This document shows positions 1-5,853 of a stretch of 16,733 nucleotides of DNA, piece by piece. A program made the position numbers and the translations under genes. Each line of letters opens with the position of its first letter. Position 1 is the first letter of the stretch. The notes under the pieces were generated by a model that was given only the letters and a program-made list of their open reading frames with translations, did no database searches and was not told where the DNA came from. The stretch comes from an uncultured bacterium (lineage in GTDB: Bacteria > T1Sed10-126), in the NCBI GenBank assembly GCA_964566495.1, contig CAZMIT010000030.1, forward strand, positions 1 to 16,733, written 5' to 3'.

Positions 1-172
1 TTCGCAGTCGTTCCGAAATAGCAAGACCGGCAGCATCGTCCGAGGCGGTGTTAATCCTGTAGCCACTGGAAAGCCTTTCCTGGGCCTCGTTCAAAGTATC
101 ATCAGAGCGGTTGAGTTGCCGCTGTGCAAACTGAGCGGCAATGTTGTTCTGAATACGAAATAATTGTGACAT
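1..172 (-). CDS. fliC: Flagellin A, N-terminal 57 codons (runs off the left edge; not in the ORF track)
   Basis: Manual translation from ATG at 172: MSQLFRIQNNIAAQFAQRQLNRSDDTLNEAQERLSSGYRINTASDDAAGLAISERLR, the canonical flagellin N-terminus (RLSSGxRINxAxDDAAGLAI). SD GAGGGAGG at 183-190. Confidence 0.96.
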   Translation of the reverse strand, partial: MSQLFRIQNNIAAQFAQRQLNRSDDTLNEAQERLSSGYRINTASDDAAGLAISERLR

Positions 173-183
173 AATACACATGC

Positions 184-225
184 CTCCCTCTATGGAGTGT
201 GAATCGAATCATCCTTGATTCGATT
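184..225 (-). promoter_or_regulatory. CsrA-type GGA hairpin and SD hairpin in the flagellin A leader
   Basis: mRNA AAUCGAAUCA-AGGA-UGAUUCGAUU (202-225, perfect 10-bp stem), then CUCC-AUAGAG-GGAG (184-197) over the SD. A further 8-bp hairpin lies at 226-246. Confidence 0.85.
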
Positions 226-325
226 GGAACAGCACAAAGCTGTTCCCGAAAGATTAAAAAAGATAATAAATGCAGATAAAAAGAAAGTCTCCGGGGGAGG
301 GAACGTCACACCGGCCGTATTTAAT

Positions 326-337
326 TGTCAGAGAACA
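326..337 (-). promoter_or_regulatory. boxA-like motif, flagellin A leader
   Basis: Minus strand TGTTCTCTGACA, 9/12 to E. coli rrn boxA TGCTCTTTAACA. Same downstream context as the copies at 2484-2495 and 5636-5647. Confidence 0.5.
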
Positions 338-378
338 TAGTTTCAGTATAGAGATATAGTACTCAGCTTTGAGTTATA

Positions 379-406
379 TTATCGGTCTGATTTGAAAAAA
401 TCTTTA
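379..406 (-). promoter_or_regulatory. Sigma-28 (FliA/SigD) promoter for flagellin A
   Basis: Minus strand TAAAGATT-N12-ACCGATAA against consensus TAAAGTTT-N11-GCCGATAA. Implies a leader of about 200 nt. Confidence 0.75.
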
Positions 407-411
407 GCGTC

Positions 412-1374
412 CTATGGCTCCTCGTCGTCGACGCCAAAGAGCTTTTGAAGAGATTCAAGGTAGGGTAAAAACTCGTATTCCAGTATGTCACAGACCATTA
501 TTGGATCGCGATCCTCAACGGCCTGCATTAATTCGTTAAGTCCCTGGTAAAGTTCCACATGGGCCTGTTCAAGTTCCTCCTGGTTTCCCGGTTTTAAGTT
601 ACGCTTGAGAAAACCGGTCTCGTCCAGGCCGCCGATAACTGCCAGCAATTCATCTATTTCCCTGGCCCAATCAGTTAGTTCATCGTAAGCATCGACGACA
701 TCCCCCCCCTGGAACTTATCAATCAGGCTGGTGAGTTCTTCGTGCAGTTCATCTAACTGCTCCCCAAGGTGCGAAAGCTGTCGTGATTCTTTATCCTTCT
801 GCTCGTCAACTTGATCAAGCACAGCCCTGAGGTATTCGAACAACTCAGAAAAGTAATCACTTCCCTGTTCTGCGAGCAGAGTCTTTAACTCTTCCCTCCC
901 CGACTCGCGAAGCTGGCCGGCAAATTTTTCTGTTCTGCTTTTCATTTTGTCATTTTCTTCCACTGCAACGTCAAGAAAATTATCAATGGAATCCAGGACC
1001 TTACCGGCCAGATTAATGGCTTCGAGCACCTGACGACGCAAAGCATTTTTTTCATCATCGCTATTTTCTTCCCACTCGTCGATGACCTGTGGGAGTTTCG
1101 CCAGGTATTCCCGGCAGTAAGCACCCAATCGACCGACTGTGTCAATGGTCATTACTTCGAAAGTGCGCACTTCCAGTTTTAACTCCTCGAAGGAAGAACA
1201 TTTCTGCTCGCAGCGTTCTTCCGTAATTTTTTCGCCGTCAATCTCGGCAGAAAAAATAAACCGGCTTACATCGCTGAGCTTTTCGTTTACAAAATCAATA
1301 TAATCCCCCAGTAACTGGTCAGAGTCGGGCGGATCGATTTCAACCGGTTGGTCGGAAGAAAATTTTACTTTCAT
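412..1374 (-). CDS. Acidic, predicted all-helical hypothetical protein (320 aa) inside the flagellin cluster
   Basis: Long ORF. Start moved from 1422 to ATG 1374 (MKVKF...) because SD AGGGAG sits at 1385-1390. C-terminal DPIMVCDILEYEFLPYL resembles a motif I recall in uncharacterised proteins of flagellin loci (not verified). Confidence 0.85.
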   Translation of the reverse strand: MKVKFSSDQPVEIDPPDSDQLLGDYIDFVNEKLSDVSRFIFSAEIDGEKITEERCEQKCSSFEELKLEVRTFEVMTIDTVGRLGAYCREYLAKLPQVIDEWEENSDDEKNALRRQVLEAINLAGKVLDSIDNFLDVAVEENDKMKSRTEKFAGQLRESGREELKTLLAEQGSDYFSELFEYLRAVLDQVDEQKDKESRQLSHLGEQLDELHEELTSLIDKFQGGDVVDAYDELTDWAREIDELLAVIGGLDETGFLKRNLKPGNQEELEQAHVELYQGLNELMQAVEDRDPIMVCDILEYEFLPYLESLQKLFGVDDEEP

Positions 1375-1406
1375 GGTTATAAAACTCCCTTGTGGAAATA
1401 AACTCG

Positions 1407-1437
1407 TAAATACAGCCGGCAAACGGGGACCTGGCCC
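1407..1437 (-). repeat. 3' UTR arm of the inverted repeat enclosing flagellin B
   Basis: mRNA GGGCCAGGUCCCCGUUUGCCGGCUGUAUUUA is complementary to 2451-2481: 28 Watson-Crick pairs and 3 G-U, no gaps. Confidence 0.92.
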
Positions 1438-1455
1438 GGAAAGGTCAGTAAAAAA

Positions 1456-2370
1456 CTACTGCAGAAGCTGCAGGGCCATCTGCGGCGTTTGCTGTGCCTG
1501 GCCAAGCACGGAAGTACCGGCCTGGGTCAGGATGTTGGCCCTTGTCTGGTTAACAGCTTCTTCGGCAACGTCAGCGTCACGAATCGCGCTCTCGGACGCC
1601 TCGGTATTCTCATACTGAATCTGGAGAAAATCGACGGCGCCCTCGAGCCGATTCTGAACGGCACCGATGTTGGCGCGAGTCTCCGAGATGTCGTTAATTG
1701 CCTCGGAAATCGTCTCAATTGCTGATTCCGCGCCTTCGCGTGATTGGAGTACGCCCTCCGCGTCATCGTTATCTTCCGGAGTGGCAAGTCCACGCACATC
1801 AAGTGAATCCGCAGTGGCCGTCCGGATATCATCCTCAGCGGTGACGGTAATAACCTCGTCACGATTAGCTCCCACATGGAAGCTTAACGAGCTTGGACCC
1901 TCACCTTCCTGGGCTGCACCGGATTCATCCACTGTGGTAAAGTCGTTCTTCAACAGTTGACGCTGGTTGAACTGAACCGTAGAAGCGGTGCGATCGATCT
2001 CGTCGACCAGCTGATCAATCTCAGTCTGGATCAGTGCACGATCGTCGTCAGTCAAGCTGTCATTGGCTGCTTGTACGGCCAGCTCACGCATCCGCTGCAA
2101 GTCGTCTCCAATAGACTCAAGACCACCCTCAGCGGTTTGCAGGACGGAAATACCGTCCTGGGCGTTGTCCTGGGCTTGACTCAAGCCGCGGCCCGCCATA
2201 CTTAACTTCTCTGAAATAGCGAGTCCGGCGGCGTCGTCTGCGGCGGTATTAATCCTCAGCCCACTGGACAAACGCTCCTGTGCTCTGTCAAGATCAGCGG
2301 AACTTCTGTGCAGTTGACGTTGAGCGAACGTGGCCTGCACGTTGGTGTTGATTCGAAATAGACCTCCCAT
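1456..2370 (-). CDS. fliC: Flagellin B (304 aa)
   Basis: RLSSGLRINTAADDAAGLAI, LQRMRELAVQAANDS, RANIGAVQNRLE, IRDADVAEE motifs; short central region. Confidence 0.98.
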   Translation of the reverse strand: MGGLFRINTNVQATFAQRQLHRSSADLDRAQERLSSGLRINTAADDAAGLAISEKLSMAGRGLSQAQDNAQDGISVLQTAEGGLESIGDDLQRMRELAVQAANDSLTDDDRALIQTEIDQLVDEIDRTASTVQFNQRQLLKNDFTTVDESGAAQEGEGPSSLSFHVGANRDEVITVTAEDDIRTATADSLDVRGLATPEDNDDAEGVLQSREGAESAIETISEAINDISETRANIGAVQNRLEGAVDFLQIQYENTEASESAIRDADVAEEAVNQTRANILTQAGTSVLGQAQQTPQMALQLLQ

Positions 2371-2379
2371 AATTAGAAC

Positions 2380-2421
2380 ACTCCCTCCTGGAATTTTAGA
2401 ATCGAATCATCCTTGATTCGA
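2380..2421 (-). promoter_or_regulatory. Two CsrA-type GGA hairpins, the second overlapping the SD of flagellin B
   Basis: mRNA UCGAAUCA-AGGA-UGAUUCGA (2402-2421) and AUUCC-AGGAG-GGAGU (2380-2394, one G-U). Confidence 0.88.
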
Positions 2422-2450
2422 AGTTGAACTATTGTACAGATGCTACACAT

Positions 2451-2481
2451 GGGCCAGGCCCCCGTTCGCCGGCTGTATTCA
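2451..2481 (-). repeat. 5' UTR arm of the inverted repeat enclosing flagellin B
   Basis: Plus strand gggccaggcccccgttcgccggctgtattca equals the reverse complement of 1407-1437 apart from three C/T differences. Confidence 0.92.
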
Positions 2482-2483
2482 AA

Positions 2484-2495
2484 TGTCAAAGATCC
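2484..2495 (-). promoter_or_regulatory. boxA-like motif, flagellin B leader
   Basis: Minus strand GGATCTTTGACA (9/12 to TGCTCTTTAACA), about 20-25 nt after the predicted start site and 2 nt before the 5' duplex arm. Confidence 0.55.
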
Positions 2496-2524
2496 CTGTA
2501 GTCTCGTAATAATCCTGTTCTTTA

Positions 2525-2551
2525 TTATCGACTACGGAGGAAAAATCTTGA
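2525..2551 (-). promoter_or_regulatory. Sigma-28 promoter for flagellin B
   Basis: Minus strand TCAAGATT-N11-GTCGATAA. Shares AAGATTTTT with the promoter at 379-406. Confidence 0.75.
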
Positions 2552-2755
2552 GTGGGAAAATTTGTGAGTTGGAAAGTTAGAAAGTGGGAAAGTGGGAAAG
2601 TTAGAAAGTGGAAAAGTGGGAAAGTGTAGTTGCGAAGAGCGAAGGGGCGATGGGGGAGCGTGAACATCGAGCCGGCGAACAGTCGAGCATGCGAGCAGGC
2701 GGAAGTTCGCGATGGGGCGAGGGGGCGATAGGGCGATGGGCGAAAGTCCGAAAAT
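2552..2755 (+). repeat. Degenerate 8-nt-period tandem repeats, two families
   Basis: GTGGGAAA/GTTAGAAA/GTTGGAAA/GTGGAAAA units at 2552 and in register from 2568 to 2623 (7 consecutive). Then CGANNNNN units (CGAAGGGG, CGATGGGG, CGAGCCGG, CGAACAGT, CGAGCATG, CGAGCAGG, CGAGGGGG, CGATAGGG) from 2640 to 2755. Confidence 0.85.
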
Positions 2756-2802
2756 CAAGTTCAAGAGCATGAGCGAGATTATGAGCACTTAATGAATTTG
2801 AA

Positions 2803-2969
2803 TTAGCCCTGATAATTCACGACAGCACAACTATCGTGAATTATCCGTCCGAAGGACACCCAGCCCCCCAGCTCTTTCCGAGTAAAGGGCTGGGGAGCTG
2901 GGTGGGTTAACCCCGCCCATTTGACGAATGGGCGGCCTATGCATAAGGTTCATGCATAGGCCGGGCTAA
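2803..2969. repeat. Cluster of four long palindromes inside a 7-bp closing inverted repeat
   Basis: Stems 2811-2822/2834-2845 (12 bp perfect), 2857-2877/2884-2904 (21 bp, 2 non-WC), 2913-2921/2927-2935 (9 bp), 2934-2944/2952-2962 (11 bp). Outer TTAGCCC 2803-2809 / GGGCTAA 2963-2969. Confidence 0.85.
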
Positions 2970-3064
2970 AAACTTTACAGATAGATTTCGAGTTGGTTGT
3001 CTGGAAAGGACGGACCAGTAGATATTTTTTCAGGAACAGGCTAACCAAAGAAAAAAGGAAAAAG

Positions 3065-3955
3065 TTAAACGCCCAGTATTTGAAGGACAGTGCGGGGTAG
3101 TTCCTGGGCCTGGGCAAGCAGCGAGGTGCCGGCCTGGACAAGAATCTGGGCCCGGGTCATATTCATCGTCTCCCGGGCGATATCAGCATCGCGGATGCGA
3201 CTGTCAGCACGTTGTGTATTTTCCTCCTGGATCTTCAGGAAATCAACTGCACTTTCCAGGCGATTCTGCAGTGCGCCGACATTGGCTCGCTGACGGGAGA
3301 CCTGGTTGATTGCCCGAGAAGCGACTTCAACCGCTGACTCCGCAGCCTCACGGGTGCTAACGCTCAAAGGATCTTCGTTAGCTCTTAAATCAAGCGAGCG
3401 GGTGGTAGTAGTTCCCAGTTCATCGGTGGTTACCTTGATAATTTCATTGCGGTTAGCGCCAATATGGAAGGCAAGTGAGGCGGTCCCGTCTTCCTGGGCC
3501 CGACCGCCAGCATCAACAGTTCCAAAATCATTTTTAAGCAGCTGACGCTGGTTAAACTGCACGGTAGAGGCCGTACGGTCTATCTCCTGGACAAGTTGAT
3601 TTATTTCAGCCTGAATTAATTCACGATCGGAATCGGTAAGACTATCATTGGCCGCCTGTAAGCTGAGCTCACGAATTCGCTGAAGATCTTCGCTGACGGC
3701 CTCCATCCCCCCTTCAGCCGTCTGGAGGAGTGAAATTCCGTCCTGAGCGTTATCCTGGGCTTGATTCAAGCCCCGTTCGGCCATCCGCAGCTTCTCTGAT
3801 ATAGCAAGACCGGCGGCGTCGTCTGCCGCCCGGTTAATTCTGAAACCACTGGCCAGACGTTCCTGCGCCCGATCAAGACGGCGTGTATTACGGTAAAGTT
3901 GTCGTTCAATAAAGGTGGCCTGCGTATTTGTATTTATCCGAAATAACCCGCCCAT
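3065..3955 (-). CDS. fliC: Flagellin D (296 aa), the divergent paralog
   Basis: RLASGFRINRAADDAAGLAISEKLR, LQRIRELSLQAANDS, GALQNRLE, SRIRDADIARE. Confidence 0.98.
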   Translation of the reverse strand: MGGLFRINTNTQATFIERQLYRNTRRLDRAQERLASGFRINRAADDAAGLAISEKLRMAERGLNQAQDNAQDGISLLQTAEGGMEAVSEDLQRIRELSLQAANDSLTDSDRELIQAEINQLVQEIDRTASTVQFNQRQLLKNDFGTVDAGGRAQEDGTASLAFHIGANRNEIIKVTTDELGTTTTRSLDLRANEDPLSVSTREAAESAVEVASRAINQVSRQRANVGALQNRLESAVDFLKIQEENTQRADSRIRDADIARETMNMTRAQILVQAGTSLLAQAQELPRTVLQILGV

Positions 3956-3966
3956 TGTTGCTACAA

Positions 3967-4006
3967 CTCCCTCCTGGAGATTTTTTCCAGGTCATCCTTG
4001 ACCCGG
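3967..4006 (-). promoter_or_regulatory. Two CsrA-type GGA hairpins, flagellin D leader
   Basis: mRNA CCGGGUCA-AGGA-UGACCUGG (3987-4006, different stem sequence, one G-U) and CUCC-AGGAG-GGAG (3967-3979). Confidence 0.85.
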
Positions 4007-4015
4007 GCGGCGATT

Positions 4016-4411
4016 TTATCTTGTTACGTCAAACAACAGTCCTATAAAAGCGTCGACGCGCTGCCGTATTTCGAGCAATTCATCCGGCGGGATAGCGCGA
4101 ATTAACTCCTCGTTTTCCTGGCTGATCAGCCGAGCCTGGACCAGGTTGTCCTCGGGTAAGATGTTAAAATCAATCCCGTAAAAAGAGGCGTCGGCGGCGG
4201 CCTGGTCAAGCTCCTCAACTACATCAGCGACCGCTTCATCTTCCACGGTAACCGGAGCTTCGGCAGGCGAACGTTCAACAGCTTCTCCGGCAGACGAATC
4301 CGGCCGGTCTGTCTCTGCTTCCGCCGCAGTCTCGTCAGCGGTCAAGTTATTATTTTGGATCGAGCTGTTTTGAAACTCGGGTCCCTCGATTGCTCCGGTT
4401 CCATGACTCAT
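4016..4411 (-). CDS. flaG: FlaG family flagellar protein
   Basis: C-terminal ELIRAIPPDELLEI...GLLFD matches the FlaG signature; located directly downstream of a flagellin. Confidence 0.85.
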   Translation of the reverse strand: MSHGTGAIEGPEFQNSSIQNNNLTADETAAEAETDRPDSSAGEAVERSPAEAPVTVEDEAVADVVEELDQAAADASFYGIDFNILPEDNLVQARLISQENEELIRAIPPDELLEIRQRVDAFIGLLFDVTR

Positions 4412-4473
4412 TTTAACTCATTCCCATCCGCTGTGGCTTAAACCGCACCAGCAGTATTTCGAAAAAATAAAAG

Positions 4474-4499
4474 ATAGCCGATAGGCGAGACAGCCCGGA
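4474..4499 (-). repeat. 3' UTR arm of the inverted repeat enclosing flagellin C
   Basis: mRNA UCCGGGCUGUCUCGCCUAUCGGCUAU pairs with 5602-5628: 23 Watson-Crick pairs, 3 G-U, one bulged U. Followed by CUUUUAUUUUUU. Confidence 0.88.
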
Positions 4500-4514
4500 A
4501 CAAAAGTTAAAAAG

Positions 4515-5411
4515 TTAGCCGAGCAACTGCAGCGCCATCTGCGGCGACTGCTGTGCCTGAGCAAGCACGGAAGTACCGGCCTGGGTCAGGATATTAGCTC
4601 GGGTCTGGTTGACCGCTTCCGCGGCAACGTCAGCGTCACGAATCGCGCTTTCGGAAGCCTCGGTGTTCTCTCCCTGGATCTGCAGGAAGTCAACGGCTCC
4701 CTCAAGACGGTTCTGAACGGCACCAATGTTGGCGCGAGTTTCCGAAACCTCGTTAATCGCCTCGGAAATCGTTTGGATCGCCGACTCGGCTCCGTCACGA
4801 GTTTCTACGACGTCATTGTCAGCGATATTGCGTACATCAAGCGCATCTGCTGTTGCCGTCTGGATGTCCTGGCCTTCACCCATGACGACCGTAATTGTCT
4901 CATCACGGTTAGCGCCAACGTGGAAGGTGATTGAAGCATCACCTGTTTCATCCAAACCGCCAGACTCATCAATCTCACCAAACTGATTGGTAAGCAGTTG
5001 ACGCTGGTTAAACTGAACCGTGGAAGCGGTTCGATCGATCTCGTCAACCAGTTGATCAATCTCAGTCTGGATCAGTTCACGGTCATCGTCAGTCAAGCTG
5101 TCGTTAGCTGCCTGAACAGCCAACTCACGCATCCGCTGCAGGTCGTCACCAATAGACTCAAGACCACCCTCAGCTGTCTGAAGCACGGATATACCGTCCT
5201 GAGAGTTAGCCTGCGCCTGGTCAAGACCACGACCGGCCATAGTAAGTTTCTCAGCAATGGCCAGTCCAGCGGCGTCGTCAGCGGCTGTATTAATGCGAAG
5301 ACCACTCGACAGACGCTCCTGCGCCTGGTCAAGATCAGCAGAACTTCTGTGTAACTGTCGTTGTGCAAATGTAGCCTGAACGTTAGTGTTGATTCTAAAC
5401 ATACCACCCAT
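4515..5411 (-). CDS. fliC: Flagellin C (298 aa), first flagellin after csrA
   Basis: Full flagellin motifs. Start moved from 5450 to 5411 (MGGMFRINTN) to match the paralogs and the SD GGAGGGAG at 5422-5429. Confidence 0.98.
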   Translation of the reverse strand: MGGMFRINTNVQATFAQRQLHRSSADLDQAQERLSSGLRINTAADDAAGLAIAEKLTMAGRGLDQAQANSQDGISVLQTAEGGLESIGDDLQRMRELAVQAANDSLTDDDRELIQTEIDQLVDEIDRTASTVQFNQRQLLTNQFGEIDESGGLDETGDASITFHVGANRDETITVVMGEGQDIQTATADALDVRNIADNDVVETRDGAESAIQTISEAINEVSETRANIGAVQNRLEGAVDFLQIQGENTEASESAIRDADVAAEAVNQTRANILTQAGTSVLAQAQQSPQMALQLLG

Positions 5412-5420
5412 CGGTAGAAC

Positions 5421-5461
5421 ACTCCCTCCTGGAGTTTGAGATCGAATCATCCATGATTCGA
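5421..5461 (-). promoter_or_regulatory. Two CsrA-type GGA hairpins, flagellin C leader
   Basis: mRNA UCGAAUCA-UGGA-UGAUUCGA (5442-5461) and ACUCC-AGGAG-GGAGU (5421-5435). Confidence 0.88.
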
Positions 5462-5601
5462 ATTGTGCTAAGTTGTGCTAAAATTGTACTGATAGTCCTG
5501 TGCAGTCAAGCACAAATGATGTAAAACAACGTGGTAAAACACTCCGGTAGCGGCAGTTGCTCCCCACTAAAGCGGCGGAGGATACAACCACCATACCGGC
5601 G

Positions 5602-5628
5602 TCCAGGCTGTCTCAACCTATCGACTAT
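5602..5628 (-). repeat. 5' UTR arm of the inverted repeat enclosing flagellin C
   Basis: Plus strand tccaggctgtctcaacctatcgactat against the reverse complement of 4474-4499, tccgggctgtctc-gcctatcggctat. Confidence 0.88.
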
Positions 5629-5635
5629 ATTTGAA

Positions 5636-5647
5636 TGTCAAAGAGCT
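5636..5647 (-). promoter_or_regulatory. boxA-like motif, flagellin C leader
   Basis: Minus strand AGCTCTTTGACA, 10/12 to E. coli boxA TGCTCTTTAACA. Confidence 0.6.
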
Positions 5648-5853
5648 TTGATCCTGACGTCAAAGGACGCCGGACCGTTTACTCCGTAGAGAAAAAAAGA
5701 AAAAAGATCAATCCAGAGTTACAACAAATACTACTAACCAACTTTAACTCTCATGAGCCCCAAAAAAAGCGCGTATAGAACATGCTGCACAAAAAAAACC
5801 TACCCCTGTCTGCGCAGCAAAGCACTGCACACCAAGAATAGGCTAAATTTACG

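Noticed and set aside
1375..1422. 16-aa extension of the hypothetical protein
   Set aside because: The TTG lies inside the duplex arm; the SD supports ATG 1374.
2479..2788. ORFs 2479-2667 and 2525-2788
   Set aside because: They are translations of the octamer repeats (FPTFPLS...) and overlap the promoter.
2552..2969. CRISPR array or tRNA
   Set aside because: There are no constant 25-40 nt repeats with unique spacers, and the stem lengths and loops do not fit a cloverleaf.
4477..4484. Plus-strand GCCGATAG as an antisense sigma-28 -10 (and GTCGATAG on the minus strand at 5618-5625)
   Set aside because: Neither has a matching -35 at the right spacing; both are explained as parts of the C duplex arms.
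5412..5450. 13-aa N-terminal extension of flagellin C in the ORF track
   Set aside because: The upstream ATG lies inside the CsrA hairpin; the SD and the paralogs point to 5411.
1407..5628. Inverted repeats as recombinase sites for invertible (phase-variable) flagellin cassettes
   Set aside because: The two pairs differ in sequence, there is no site-specific recombinase in the window, and all core mismatches are G-U only on the mRNA strand. Disfavoured rather than excluded; read-orientation analysis would settle it.
326..5647. TTGACA within the boxA-like motif as a sigma-70 -35 element
   Set aside because: No -10 at 17 nt in copies B or C (AACGGG, GGTTGA), copy A reads CTGACA, and in A and B the motif lies downstream of a good sigma-28 promoter.
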